A DNA stretch of 63,792 nucleotides, counting the filler, from Octopus bimaculoides (Eukaryota): NCBI RefSeq assembly GCF_001194135.2. It is 8 parts of 7 records of this genome, joined end to end, with 100 filler letters (N's around TTAATTAATTAA, not from the genome) between each part and the next. Parts side by side here need not be neighbours in the genome. Positions count along the whole stretch, not along the records: positions 1 to 4,771 come from NC_068982.1; positions 4,872 to 11,954 come from NC_068995.1; positions 12,055 to 15,448 come from NC_069000.1; 5 more parts are not named here. One strand, written 5' to 3'. The notes under the pieces are model-generated. The model searched no databases. It saw only the letters and a program-made list of their open reading frames with translations, and was not told the origin of the DNA. A program made the position numbers and the translations under genes. Positions within the stretch are counted from its first letter, which is position 1, and the number at the start of each line of letters is the position of its first letter. Shown here piece after piece: positions 1 to 13,370 of this stretch.

Positions 1-62
<62 letters not shown>

Positions 63-410
63 GGGCTTATTAGCATGTAAGAGGAAGACGGAGGCTAGAG
101 ATGAAAAGAGGGACAAACACTTTCACTCTGTGGGTGTGAGTGCGGGGGTGACTTTGTATCTGTCAGTGTGTGTGTGTGACAGTGTCTTTGAGTGTGTGTG
201 TGTGTCTTTGAGTGTGTGTGTGTGTCTTTGAGTGTGTGAGTGTGCGTGTGGATATGTGTGTTGTGCGCGTCTACATCTTTAAGTGTGTGAGAGTGTGTAT
301 TTGTTTGTTTGTGTGTATGTGTGTCTGCATGTGTATGCTTCTCTTTGTGCATGTGTGTGTGTATTTGTATGTGCATATGTGTGTCTGCATGTGTGCACGC
401 GTGTGCCTAC
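1..410. repeat. Compound (GT)n/(GTAT) microsatellite
   Basis: Long GT dinucleotide tract with interruptions; explains the CVCV/HTHT pseudo-ORFs. Confidence 0.95.
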
Positions 411-1468
411 ACTGCAGCTAATCGTATGCGTAAGTGTCAGAGAGAAAGAAAAAAATATATACACATATAATAAAAGAATTGAAGAAGAAAGAGAAAAAGA
501 TCTAAAGGAAGACAGAAGCAATATAAAACGTGATTAAATGTTGCAACAGTCAATTTTTGAGCAGAACCTTCTTCTTCACGAGACGAACTGTAGCTGCCAG
601 CTTTCACGCAACATAAACTGCAGTTAGGTTCGTAAAGGGAGCACAGTGACTTCCGATACGGATTTGTTTCAAGCTCACTCAGCCGATACAAATTTGTCAA
701 TAGTCGAGGCGGGGGGGGGGNNNNNNNNNNNNNNNNNNNNNNNNNNNNNNNNNNNNNNNNNNNNNNNNNNNNNNNNNNNNNNNNNNNNNNNNNNNNNNNN
801 NNNNNNNNNNNNNNNNNNNNNNNNNNNNNNNNNNNNNNNNNNNNNNNNNNNNNNNNNNNNNNNNNNNNNNNNNNNNNNNNNNNNNNNNNNNNNNNNNNNN
901 NNNNNNNNNNNNNNNNNNNNNNNNNNNNNNNNNNNNNNNNNNNNNNNNNNNNNNNNNNNNNNNNNNNNNNNNNNNNNNNNNNNNNNNNNNNNNNNNNNNN
1001 NNNNNNNNNNNNNNNNNNNNNNNNNNNNNNNNNNNNNNNNNNNNNNNNNNNNNNNNNNNNNNNNNNNNNNNNNNNNNNNNNNNNNNNNNNNNNNNNNNNN
1101 NNNNNNNNNNNNNNNNNNNNNNNNNNNNNNNNNNNNNNNNNNNNNNNNNNNNNNNNNNNNNNNNNNNNNNNNNNNNNNNNNNNNNNNNNNNNNNNNNNNN
1201 NNNNNNNNNNNNNNNNNNNNNNNNNNNNNNNNNNNNNNNNNNNNNNNNNNNNNNNNNNNNNNNNNNNNNNNNNNNNNNNNNNNNNNNNNNNNNNNNNNNN
1301 NNNNNNNNNNNNNNNNNNNNNNNNNNNNNNNNNNNNNNNNNNNNNNNNNNNNNNNNNNNNNNNNNNNNNNNNNNNNNNNNNNNNNNNNNNNNNNNNNNNN
1401 NNNNNNNNNNNNNNNNNNNNNNNNNNNNNNNNNNNNNNNNNNNNNNNNNNNNNNNNNNNNNNNNNNNN

Positions 1469-1546
1469 AGAAGAAGAAGAAGAAGAAGAAGAAGAAGAAG
1501 AAGAAGAAGAAGAAGAAGAAGAAGAAGAAGAAGAAGAAGAAGAAGA
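1469..1546. repeat. (GAA)n microsatellite
   Basis: Pure AAG repeat at the edge of an N gap. Confidence 0.95.
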
Positions 1547-1949
1547 CCACATGGGAAAAATTGAACGGAAAAGAAATACTCGCTAACAGGGCGAGTCCAC
1601 GTAGTCCTTGTCCACTAGACATAACAACAAAATTATCTCAAATCGCATCCTACCATTCGAAGTAAAGAAACGTGACATTGTACAATGTCGTCTATATACT
1701 TCTAGATAAAAGAGTTGATCTATGCTGGAATACCCTTGATCATAGTCCAACTCAAACAGGACCTACCTTGGGTTAAAAAAAAACAACAATATCTTCAGCA
1801 AGAAAAGAACGATGTGATAGGATGAAATACAGAAACTGAAAGAAAAGAGACAGGTGGGGTCTGGGGAACTGAATAAGGAAAAATAAGCCAAGAATAAAAG
1901 AAAAACTATGAAAGAAGATATGTATTAAAATATCGTTTTCAGATTTTTA

Positions 1950-2105
1950 TATCGACCCGAGTGCTCAACTGGTACTTATATTGTAGACCCGAGACGATGA
2001 AAGGCAAAGTCGAACTTAGCGGAATTTGAACTCAGAACCTAATGACGGACGAAATGCTGCTAAACATTTTGCCCAGCATGTTAACGATTCTGCCAGCTCG
2101 CCGCC
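1950..2105 (-). mobile_element. tRNA-derived SINE, family A (head GGCGGCGAGCTGGCAGAATCGTTAGC)
   Basis: Reverse complement of the element at 51501 and 58849; B-box-like GTTCAAAT and shared CCTTTCATCCTTTCGGGGTCGAT body. Confidence 0.8.
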
Positions 2106-2853
2106 TTGTTACATATTAAAATATTGAGTAATTTTTCACTACCATTTAATGCAATCTGATTGTTTTCAACTTCGATCGTTCATGTATATGTACACACACA
2201 CACGTGTATTCCTGTATGTATGTTTGTACATGTATGTGTATATATATATATATATACATGTATGTATGTTCTTTTCTGTTTTTAAAATTGTTTAGAAACT
2301 TCCTTTGAAGAAGAAGCTGTTTTCTAACAAAGATACAAAGCTCCATCGTGTTGGAATGTAAATAACCAAAACGATATCACGTTTTAAACCCGAGAAAAGT
2401 CTTGCAAAGTTTTGCTGTTCCGCTTACAGATTTTATTTGTAATGTGCAAGTCAGTTGGTTGATCTCTTTTTCTGAAAATCTAAGCTTATCCAGACTGACA
2501 GTTAAGTATTTTTCTTACACAACCAAGCGAACTAATTATTACTGTTATAAATGTAAATTTGTAAGCTGTATGTATATTTGTATGTATATCTGTGTATACC
2601 TGTCAATGTTATATATGCCATAAGGTCTGTAAATCTAACGGAGGCCTCAAAAGAAATTTTATGATCCACAAAGATCAGAACTGAACTGCAACTCTTGGTG
2701 GTCCAAAGTAGATATGCAATTTACGTGGGTATCTTTTCAAAATGTTGCCTGGTTTAAAAATAAAAACACATCGGACGCCATGATAGATATAATGTGTAGT
2801 AAGTACAAGAAATGGTCAGAATCTGCATAAGGAGTAGACAGCCACCATGTATG

Positions 2854-2884
<31 letters not shown>

Positions 2885-2971
2885 TAGTAAAACACAAAAG
2901 TATTATATAATAATTACACAGAAAAAGCATTTAAATTAGCGACAGCTGTCTGTGTCTCTATGTATTGCAGT

Positions 2972-3105
2972 CTTTTTTACTTGTTTCAGTCATTGGACTG
3001 TGGTCATGCTAGATTAGCACTTTGTAGGATTCGATCAGATCGAGCCCCAGTACTTGCTTTCAATTTCATTATCATTGTAGAGGTCACTTTTGCCGAACAG
3101 CTATT
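2972..3105 (-). mobile_element. SINE-like repeat, family C 3' part (TTTTACTTGTTTCAGTCATT...)
   Basis: Same sequence recurs at ~8535, ~34685 and ~62430. Confidence 0.65.
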
Positions 3106-3461
3106 TTATATATTATACCAATGTTATACGAACTGAACAGCTCATATACAACACCTCAACTCCTTCGTGAGCATCATTCAAAATGCGAAGTATGTTTCCA
3201 TATATCTCATAACCTCAAAGCTCTGCCGTTTTCCAAACTGCAACCGGTTCTTTTAGTCTTTTACTAAAATCATCTTTAACAACTTTTGTGGAAACCTCAT
3301 TTCCTTCATTTCTCAAACAAGGCGATTATCTGACCAGTACTTCTGCAGTCAAACTTTCTATATTCACTGTCTCTTTTGCATCCAACTCGCCACTGCAACC
3401 ATCAGCAAAATCTCTTCCCAAATTATCTCTTTCAATCCACTAGGTCTTCACCATGTTTGTT

Positions 3462-3842
3462 GTTGTTGGCACTCCGTCGCTTACGACGTCGAGGGTTCCA
3501 ATTGATCCGAAAACGGAACAGCCTGCTAATGAAATTAACGTGCAAGTGGCTGAGCACTCCACAGACACGTGTACCCTTAACGTAGTTCTCGGGGATATTC
3601 AGCGTGACACAGTGTGACAAGGCTGGCCCTTTGAAATACAGGTACAACAGAAACAGGAAGAAAGAGTGAGAGAAAGTTGTGGTGGAAGAGTACAGCAGGG
3701 TTCGCCACCATCCCCTGCCGGAGCCTCGTGGAGCTTTAGGTGTTTACGCTCAATAAACACTCACAACGCCCGGTCTGGGAATTGAAACCGCGATCCCATG
3801 ACCGCGAGTCCGCTGCCCTAACCACTGGGCCATTGCGTCTCC
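3462..3842 (-). mobile_element. Full-length tRNA-derived SINE, family B
   Basis: Minus strand begins GGAGACGCAATGGCCCAGTGGTTAGGGCAGCGG (A box) with a degenerate B box (GGTTTCAATTCC), then ~300 bp of body and a (CAA)n tail. Confidence 0.75.
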
Positions 3843-4172
3843 ACCTTCACCATGTGCACACACAATGAATATAAAAGTAGCTCTGGTCGCTTGAAACCAA
3901 CAAGTTCACCGTACCTAACAATGTGACTCCTTTTACCTGAAACAATCCACATTAGATCTACAGGAAATCTACTCTCCTATATTACTTACCAGTGGGATCT
4001 CGTTCATGAGAAATTAGTGAAAACAGTGTTCTTGTCCACAACGTCAGCAAACCATGCAACATGAATCTCCTGTCAAAACTGTCAGCATATGAACCCTGCA
4101 CAATTTCCCGTTTACTTAATTTGACTTTAAAAATATTGGTCGACGCGAATCTATACAATATGACATGTGTGA

Positions 4173-4209
<37 letters not shown>

Positions 4210-4299
4210 TGTGCACGTGCATGCGTGCGTGTATGGGTTTATGTAAATACGTGAGTGATAGAAAAAGAGAGTATTCAATATTTTAGAGTGAAGTAACTG

Positions 4300-4771
4300 A
4301 TTTGACGTTGAAACTTCATAAATAGTTACTCCGAGGTCCTCACAGCATATATCGGCCAAGCCTGACCTTTCTTTCTTGGTTCGGCCGTCGTCCGTGCAAC
4401 ATCTATATTCTTTCTTGTGCCTGTGAAATTTTGTATCCCTGCCGTAAGGCTTTAATTCCATACACGCCAGCTTAATTTAATTCATCCTTAGTCGAAAGAC
4501 ACCTGTTGTTATGTCCTGTTATTTGTATTTGTGTAACATTCTCCGTTTTTTTTCCGTCCTTGTTTTCTTATACATTCGCTGCTTTCTTCCAAGGAATCCA
4601 ATGCTCATAGCTTAGTTTTTCCTTGGGGCTGGCCAGTTTGGAGCAATCTCGAGTATAACCAGCCGAAATTGCAAAGATAATCTGGAACTCGACTGAGGAA
4701 AGAAAACTCCGAATGATCCGTCCTTGCTTTCTTTGTATCGTCAATCTGGATGTTTTGTTGTCCCCTTTTTT
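4300..4771 (-). mobile_element. Probable Penelope-like element 3' remnant
   Basis: Minus-strand translation RTKKERSGLADICCE loosely resembles the C-terminus of a PLE GIY-YIG domain; weak. Confidence 0.3.
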
Positions 4772-4871
4772 NNNNNNNNNNNNNNNNNNNNNNNNNNNNN
4801 NNNNNNNNNNNNNNNTTAATTAATTAANNNNNNNNNNNNNNNNNNNNNNNNNNNNNNNNNNNNNNNNNNNN
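4772..4871. other. Artificial 100-bp assembly spacer
   Basis: 44 N + TTAATTAATTAA (stops in all six frames) + 44 N. Confidence 0.95.
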
Positions 4872-4937
4872 CTGTGCTTTGGCAAGGATGTCTTGCTTTA
4901 GTTTTTCTTTTGCCTCAGGTAAGTCTTTTTCTGTAAT

Positions 4938-4939
4938 GC

Positions 4940-5031
<92 letters not shown>

Positions 5032-5240
5032 GTCATCATCATCATCATCATCATTATTATTGGTGTTCTTGTCGTCGCCGTGGTCGTTGTTGTTGTTGCC
5101 GTGATCGTTATTGTTATTATTACTATTATTATTATCATTAATTTTATCACTATTATCAGCATCATTTATATTATTAATGTTATTGTTATTATTATCCTTA
5201 ATATAACTGTTATTATGATTATTGGTATTATTATTATCTG
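4938..5240. repeat. Compound (ATT)/(ATC)/(GTT) trinucleotide microsatellite
   Basis: Direct inspection. Confidence 0.9.
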
Positions 5241-5929
5241 ACTTAATACTGTAACTTCACTGTAGAATGCAGCTGTCAGCTAACCACATTTAGCTAAGGC
5301 AACACTGTTTTCTGAAGAGGCTCTACCTTTACATTTATCTATAACTTTGCAATATATTTTCTGATGCTGACTCTTACAGCAACTAATCCACTAACAAGTT
5401 TAGCACTCAGCCTTATATCTAACCTGTTCCACATTTTCATTTTCTGATTATCTTTCATCCCCTGAGAAATACAATATCTGTCATTAAACAGGATATTTCT
5501 TCTTCATTGTCCCTTTCAATGAACACCTTAACTCATTACGTCCCATTGTATCTTTACATTGTCGCTATCAATTACTCTTTCTAATGTGTGTCCATACCAC
5601 AAGTTCGTTCTATCTTAGCTGTACTTAACACACAATACCCAATGTATCATTCTTTGTGCATCATTGTGACTTACTGGCTAATTTTTTTCAGGGGGTGGGT
5701 GGGGGAAGATTCCTGTTCTGATTCACAATATCCCAAAAAGCCTCTGCTTTATCACTACGCAACTTGCACTTGTTATTTCGTACTTCATTATAAATCCTGC
5801 ATTTCGTAGAAATTATTGTACATACCTTTTCCATTATTATCATTATTATTATAATGATTCTTTCTCCTATAGTGACATACCTTTTCCATTATTAACATCA
5901 TTATTAGTATGATTCTTTCTACTTTAGTG

Positions 5930-6123
5930 ACAAGACCTGCAAGTTCGGAAGAGGGAGCTAGTCGATTACATCGACCCATTACTCAGCTGGTACTTTTTTA
6001 TAGACTTCCAAAGGATAAAAGACAAAACCGACCTCGGCGAAATTTGAACTGAGAATATGAGGAGAGACAAAATGCTGCTAAGCATTTCGTCTGGCGTTCT
6101 ATCGATTCTGCCAGGGTGGCGCA
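5930..6123 (-). mobile_element. SINE family A
   Basis: GTCGATTACATCGACCC...GGCGAAATTTGAACTGAG...GATTCTGCCAG, as in the other copies. Confidence 0.75.
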
Positions 6124-8354
6124 TTTATCATTATTATAATAGCAATATCAGCTGAGTACTGGGAGTGATGTAATCGAGTTAACCCCAACTCCAAAAAACT
6201 TGAAAGGAGAGAATTTGAACGCAGAAAATATTTATCTAGAAAACATTCTCCACAATTCTACAATTTATTTACCAGTTCCCTATCTTACAGGTATTCTGCT
6301 GAATAATGAAGTGTTTTTGTTTATTGTTTTATCTTAATTCACCTACAGTGTTATTTATTGCTCACTTGAGATATTTTGTTTGTTAATAAGATATTTTGTT
6401 TGTTAATATTATATTGTAATTCTCAAAATGTTCTTCCTATATTACGTTGAGTTTTATACGTATATATATTGTTGCCGCCTCAAAAAAATAATATTGCTGT
6501 ATTTTATTCCCATTAACTAAATTATGTTTCAAATGCGGTTGTGAATATTAATTTGAACAGGAAAATCGACTGCTTCTAAAATAATCTAGATGCAATATAT
6601 GCAACACAGTTAATTTTCTAGTCAAGTAATCTCTTGGATAGAAAATGTACTTACGAAACTGAAAAATATGTTGTCTTTTCATTATGGTGTCTAATTTTCA
6701 ATTCCACCACAACGGGATAAGGGTATACCTATTGGAGACACACAAAAACTCTTACTCACTTACGTAAGTAAACTTCAACACACAGCAAAGGTAAATCACA
6801 TTATCGTGTCTAAATAATGTATCATCAATAAATATTTAATTCTACCCGCTTATTCCAACGTGTGAAGTGTTTGGTTATATATAGATTAATCGTGTCTCCA
6901 GTTAGTAACAGAAACAGGCCTCTAGTTTTAGAATCAAACACGAGTCTCCAAATTACTTCCAATAACATGAGATATCTGTCCTCTGATTGATTTATAAAAC
7001 AATATGAAAGGCAATAACTTCTAAAACGTTACTTCTTTCAAGAACAAAGGAAGTTCTTTTCTACATTGCATTATGAAACACTTAGTCACTTATTTCAATC
7101 AAGAATATTAGATAATTCTCATTCACATCACTGTATACGAATGTCTACGATTGAGTGCTTCATACGTTCGAATACATATATAGTTTTCGTATTATCAGAA
7201 AGTAACCATGATAGCTCGCGCGCGCGTCTGTGTGTGCATATGTATGCACATATGAATCATATACATGCATGTATGTTATTATAGTTGGATACATTTGTGT
7301 CAAAGCCCTCATAAATTTGAATTGTGTACACAGTTTGTGTAAAAGTAAATATAGAAGTATTTGTAGATATTAGCTTCGATTCTTAACTATGTATATATTC
7401 ATATGTAATGTTATATATATATATATATATAACGTTACATATGAATATATATAATGTTATAAAATTTTGCGTATTTATTATTCAGTTAATGCATGTGATA
7501 TCTAAATATAATCAGAAAAATATCACGAGCTTTGAGAATAGATAATTTGTGTTTACTACATGACAGGAATATTATATATCTACACGATGCAGTTGAATAA
7601 TTTGATTATTCCTGAAATAGCTTATTTTCATTATCTTTTTTATGATTTAGTATTTTCTGGCATTATTTAAAGATGTCTATCTATTTCTTTACAAAAATTT
7701 ATTTTGAATATTTCCTTGCGTAACATTTGATACAAAAGATTAATTAGTTTACTGTTTTTCTCATATTTTGTTTCTTTTCCACATTTATAATATAATTAAA
7801 GAAAAATCGATAATTATATCATAAACCATTTTTACTTTCTAGTTAGATATCAGTTGCTCGATTTTCTTTCATATTATAAAGTACATTGTTGATTCAAATA
7901 CATACACATTAGTCTTCATGTCTGCGATGGTGTTTTAAAACGATTTTCTGATTGTGACATTATCTTTTATCTGGTTTGATTTATTATGTTCTAGTGGATT
8001 ATTATATTCGGTATCGTGCACTTGTAATAATAAAATACAACATAGTTATGGCATAGTATTTAACTTCTTTTCTAACAACTCTGTCCTTATTTGAAGATGG
8101 AAAATAGGCAATCACAATTTATGGTTTTGTCTTCTTTACTTTCGTCTATGCCAGATCGATAAACTGGTTGTCTACTATTGGTGAAGTTAATCAATTATAT
8201 ATCTCCAATGTAAGTCCATGGTTTTCTACAAAAGTTACATATGCAGATTAGTGTTTTTATTCTTATTACTTTTACTATTCGTGATTATATAAATGCGTTA
8301 GGTCTTGCTACTGAAAATAAGAAGTATGTACATATAAGGAGTATGCGTGGATGT

Positions 8355-8499
8355 GTGTTAAGAAGCTTTCTTCCCAGACACATGATGCCGGTTTCAGTCC
8401 TATTGCCTGGCACCTTTGTTAAATGTCTTGACTATAGCCCCGGACCGCCCAAAGCCTTGCGATTGCATTTCATAAACGGACTCTGAAAGAAGCCCATCG

Positions 8500-8500
<1 letters not shown>
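8355..8500 (+). mobile_element. Degenerate CORE-like SINE, family D
   Basis: GGCACCTTTGTTAAATGTCTTGACTATAGCCCCGG...CTGAAAGAAGCCCATC matches copies at 38235 and (reverse) 31148 and 62694; followed by (TA)n. Confidence 0.55.
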
Positions 8501-8534
<34 letters not shown>

Positions 8535-8536
<2 letters not shown>

Positions 8537-8645
8537 TCTTTACTCTTTGCTCTTTTATTCTTTTACTTGTTTCAGTCATTTGACTGCGGCCATGCTGGAG
8601 CACCGCCTTTAGTCGAGAAAATCGACCCCAGGACTTATTCTTTGG
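8535..8645 (-). mobile_element. SINE family C 3' end
   Basis: Near-identical to 62430-62520; runs into an N gap. Confidence 0.75.
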
Positions 8646-9672
8646 NNNNNNNNNNNNNNNNNNNNNNNNNNNNNNNNNNNNNNNNNNNNNNNNNNNNNNN
8701 NNNNNNNNNNNNNNNNNNNNNNNNNNNNNNNNNNNNNNNNNNNNNNNNNNNNNNNNNNNNNNNNNNNNNNNNNNNNNNNNNNNNNNNNNNNNNNNNNNNN
8801 NNNNNNNNNNNNNNNNNNNNNNNNNNNNNNNNNNNNNNNNNNNNNNNNNNNNNNNNNNNNNNNNNNNNNNNNNNNNNNNNNNNNNNNNNNNNNNNNNNNN
8901 NNNNNNNNNNNNNNNNNNNNNNNNNNNNNNNNNNNNNNNNNNNNNNNNNNNNNNNNNNNNNNNNNNNNNNNNNNNNNNNNNNNNNNNNNNNNNNNNNNNN
9001 NNNNNNNNNNNNNNNNNNNNNNNNNNNNNNNNNNNNNNNNNNNNNNNNNNNNNNNNNNNNNNNGTGATCCAGCATAGGTGCTGCCTAACGTCCGAAAGAA
9101 ATAAAACATAATACATAAAAGAAATGTCATGTAAAAATGTCTTAATGCATAATTATCCTGGTGTTTTTATGCTCTAGAATGTTTCTATACCCATCTTATA
9201 AATCCTCTATCACGGTAACCACAGAAGCATTGTGAAATATCGCAGCTGAGTGAAGTAGAAATAGGATGATGCACACGTTCCTTGTTTACCTCTGAAATTG
9301 TACTTTAATAGTTACATTGGTGCTGATCTCCATTTGGCTCAACATTGTTATTAGTATGTATGATATAAATGCCCTGCAGCTTTTTTGCCGAAGGCTTGAA
9401 ATCAGAATGGTTAGGCATATTCAAAAACGCTGTCATATATTATTGTTACCCGAAGTATATTTATAGAAGCTAGTATGAAAAACTCTCGACCAATATGGAG
9501 TTTGTATTGTACTGATAATACACAACAGTAATCCACGCTGACTGAGTTTTTTAATATTCCTTTCAATACAAATGAAACTCCGTTTATATTGCTGCTTTCT
9601 GGATGGACATGTTTATATGGGAAATATACACATACGTACACACATATACACAGATACACACACTCACATAAA

Positions 9673-9732
<60 letters not shown>

Positions 9733-10789
9733 CTGTATACTTAATTATATATCAATATGCATGTATATATATGTATGTATCTATCTATTAATCGATCTAT
9801 ACATGTCTATAAATATGTGTGTATGTTTGTGTATGTGTGTGTGCCCGCGCACATGTGTATATATATATATATATATATACATGTATATTGATACACATAT
9901 AAACGTTCTTTCCCTTGTGTGGAGAAAGTGTTACGAGGGTGTTTTCTTTAGGAAGAAAAATTACTGGATTTCGTTTGGGCATTTAGATTCGAACCTGAAT
10001 GTATGGAATTCCCCTTTGCCAAGTCGATTTATACCTTTCCCTTTTAACAATTTGGACCATGTCTATGCCACCAAAAGCTGAAAATAGATAAAAATCTTCC
10101 ACAGCAGTTTTCCCCATTGTTCTTGGAGATATGTCTCTTTCTCGCTGGTCTATTATNNNNNNNNNNNNNNNNNNNNNNNNNNNNNNNNNNNNNNNNNNNN
10201 NNNNNNNNNNNNNNNNNNNNNNNNNNNNNNNNNNNNNNNNNNNNNNNNNNNNNNNNNNNNNNNNNNNNNNNNNNNNNNNNNNNNNNNNNNNNNNNNNNNN
10301 NNNNNNNNNNNNNNNNNNNNNNNNNNNNNNNNNNNNNNNNNNNNNNNNNNNNNNNNNNNNNNNNNNNNNNNNNNNNNNNNNNNNNNNNNNNNNNNNNNNN
10401 NNNNNNNNNNNNNNNNNNNNNNNNNNNNNNNNNNNNNNNNNNNNNNNNNNNNNNNNNNNNNNNNNNNNNNNNNNNNNNNNNNNNNNNNNNNNNNNNNNNN
10501 NNNNNNNNNNNNNNNNNNNNNNNNNNNNNNNNNNNNNNNNNNNNNNNNNNNNNNNNNNNNNNNNNNNNNNNNNNNNNNNNNNNNNNNNNNNNNNNNNNNN
10601 NNNNNNNNNNNNNNNNNNNNNNNNNNNNNNNNNNNNNNNNNNNNNNNNNNNNNNNNNNNNNNNNNNNNNNNNNNNNNNNNNNNNNNNNNNNNNNNNNNNN
10701 TTTGTGTATGTGTGTGTGCCCGCGCACATGTGTATATATATATATATATATATACTTATATATATTATGTTAGTTCGCTCTTGGGTGCT

Positions 10790-11920
10790 ACTAGCAACAT
10801 GAAAACAAGTACAACCTGTTGCATACTCGGGTCATCGGTGACTAAACCGGCAGCCCCACCGAGCTTACTTGGCAAGGAGAGTGATTGATGGACACTCCAC
10901 AGGGAGAAACATAAGACCTCAATTGGCGTTGTCTGCAATGGCTGTGTTCTTGTAGACAAGGTATTTAGAGGCCACGGGTTTGGCATAATTCGAGTGAAGG
11001 ATCTTGACTTTATTGTGTTTTGTTTCTAACCAGAGTTCCGTGTCTAAAACTAGTAGCCTATGTTTGGGGTGATTTTTAGGGTCGTCTAGCGTTACTTTAA
11101 TACTCTGGTTGGACGGACTTAGCTATTTGCTGGATGCTCTCCATGTTGTAAGCTTCTATCTCATCAGCATTGTCTTGTAAGGGTGCTTTGGCTACTATGT
11201 TGAAATCATCCACATAGTGGGAGTATATGGTTAGGGTTATGAAGTCCTCTGCTAAATCTTCTTTGAGTTTTCTATCCCACCATACCATATATAGATTAGC
11301 CACATTGCCGGCGATACTGACGCCGACGGCTGAAACTTCCTCTTGGGCGTATACCTTGTTATTAAACTTAAGTAGGTGGTCCTTGAGTGTGATCTTGGTA
11401 GTCGCACCCATCGCATGTGCAACCATTTTTTTAACTTGATCATCATTTTTCGGGTCCGTATATCTCTCGTTTACCAGTTCTATCTCTCCTTAGAGGTGTC
11501 CCTGGCCATACAATTTATAGTAGAAGGTCTATCTCTTACCGATCTAGTTGAGCAGGAACAAGTAAGGTCATGCTGATCTAAGTAACCTTTGTCACATATC
11601 AGTCTTAAGAGGAGACCCAGTAATTTTGTGCCAATACCACGAAACTCCTGACCACTTACACGCACTTCTCCAAAGCAAAATCAAAATCATCGAATACTAC
11701 TTCCATACTGACTATTATTATGCATTCCGTCAGGTCGTAGGCATAGTTGCAGTCAGTGATTCTGCTGAGGAGGTCCTCTGTGCTGTCACACATATCTGGA
11801 GACATTTTCATCAGAGGGCGTATGATTATAGATAGGAAGTAGGAGATCCGGTACGTGTTCGCAATATTGGCCTCGCAGACAGGTATCGTTACAGCAGATC
11901 AGTACTGTTGATGGGCCAGT
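10790..11920 (-). mobile_element. Penelope-like reverse transcriptase remnant
   Basis: Translation YAQEEVSAVGVSIAGNVANLYMVWWDRKL...YSHYVDDF contains RT motifs (YVDD); frame is interrupted. Confidence 0.65.
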
Positions 11921-11954
11921 ATGTATATGTGTGTATATATATATATATATTTAT

Positions 11955-12054
11955 NNNNNNNNNNNNNNNNNNNNNNNNNNNNNNNNNNNNNNNNNNNNTT
12001 AATTAATTAANNNNNNNNNNNNNNNNNNNNNNNNNNNNNNNNNNNNNNNNNNNN
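11955..12054. other. Artificial 100-bp assembly spacer
   Basis: 44 N + TTAATTAATTAA + 44 N. Confidence 0.95.
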
Positions 12055-12390
12055 TATATATATATATATATATTCATAAATACGTACACATATATAGATA
12101 ATGGTTGTTGAAGGAATTGTTGATTTAGTCAATATACATTGAAGAAATATTTTCTTAAATCAATAATTAAATCATAAAAATTATCTTATCATACCAAAAT
12201 GTATATGTACATGTATATATACACATATTTATATTTACATATATATTCTTACATCTATCTATCTATATAAAATTAAAACATAGGGTAAAAATCAGATATT
12301 AATTAATATCGATTTATTACCAAGAAGCCAGCACATTGAAAGAATCAGAGAGATACAGAAAGAATATCTGAGATCTCAGAGGTTTAATGT

Positions 12391-12626
<236 letters not shown>

Positions 12627-12929
12627 TAAGGGGAGTTAAAAGAGGTTTAAAGAAGTTAAAAGCAATTAAGAAGACATGAAAAAGTGAATTTAAGAAAAAT
12701 TATTTTATTTTTGAAAAATCTCAAAAGTCCTTTTGAAAAAACAATTGCTTAAAGAAAAAATTTTAAAGCTTAATAAACTTTTCAAACTTCAATAACCCCT
12801 CGCAGAGAATGTCTCTTCAAAAATTCACAAAATCTCAAAAATTCTCAAAGAGAAATTCGAAGGCTCCAGAGTAATGAAGTTTTAAAGGGTTTAGAGTTTT
12901 AAAGTTTATTCTTTTCTACTCTAGACACA

Positions 12930-13370
12930 AGGCCCAGGAAGGTCAGTGAGACATTAGAAGCTGGGTGTTCAACGTCGAATTGGATGTTGCGGCGGTTGCT
13001 GTTGAAGACATTGTGGATCCTGGTCGCCTCGTCCCAGGAGCGAGTGAAGACGAATACGTCGTCGACGTATCTCCACTATAGAGTGATGTGTCGTCCTGCG
13101 TGGAATGCCTTGCGTTCAAGGTCATCCAGGGTAAGGGTGGTCAGGATCCCACTGAGTCTGGAGCCCATTGCGAAGCCGCTGCATTGTCGGTATGTGGTGT
13201 TTTTGAACTAGAAGTAGGGGTTGGCGGTGCAGAACTCAAAAATGGACGTTAGGTTCACCGATGGAAAGTCTGTGGCTAGCTTCTATCTGCTTTCTAGCCA
13301 CTCCTTGATTCTTTGTATTAATCCTGTTAGTCTAGAATGGCCTAAAATGGACATAAGAACTGCCACCACC
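12930..13370 (-). mobile_element. Penelope-like reverse transcriptase remnant
   Basis: Minus strand reads FKNTTYRQCSGFAMGSRLSGIL, matching the PLE RT motif YxQxxGxAMGSPLS; stops present. Confidence 0.6.

Noticed and set aside
1-537. CVCV, HTHT, IIII, YIYI and NNNN ORFs throughout the window
   Set aside because: Translations of microsatellites.
437-1665. Long ORFs spanning N runs (also at 8.4-9.1, 10.0-10.8, 17.2-18.2, 38.7-39.6, 57.1-57.8, 60.6-61.4 and 62.6-63.7 kb)
   Set aside because: Length comes from untranslatable N gaps, not coding sequence.
3770-3842. tRNA gene
   Set aside because: The tRNA-like head continues into a SINE body and lacks a proper acceptor stem and terminator.
4693-4720. 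CTGAGGA...CTCC-GAAT as a possible hammerhead
   Set aside because: GAAA box broken and no convincing stems I or III.
8108-8209. AG/GT-bounded 102-nt open segment (AITIYGFVFFTFVYARSINWLSTIGEVNQLYISN)
   Set aside because: Poor polypyrimidine tract, no recognisable homology and no partner exons; needs RNA-seq support.
9820-10760. Identical ~45-bp sequence on both sides of a gap (similarly 17100 and 17362)
   Set aside because: Most simply an overlap or collapse artefact at a contig gap.
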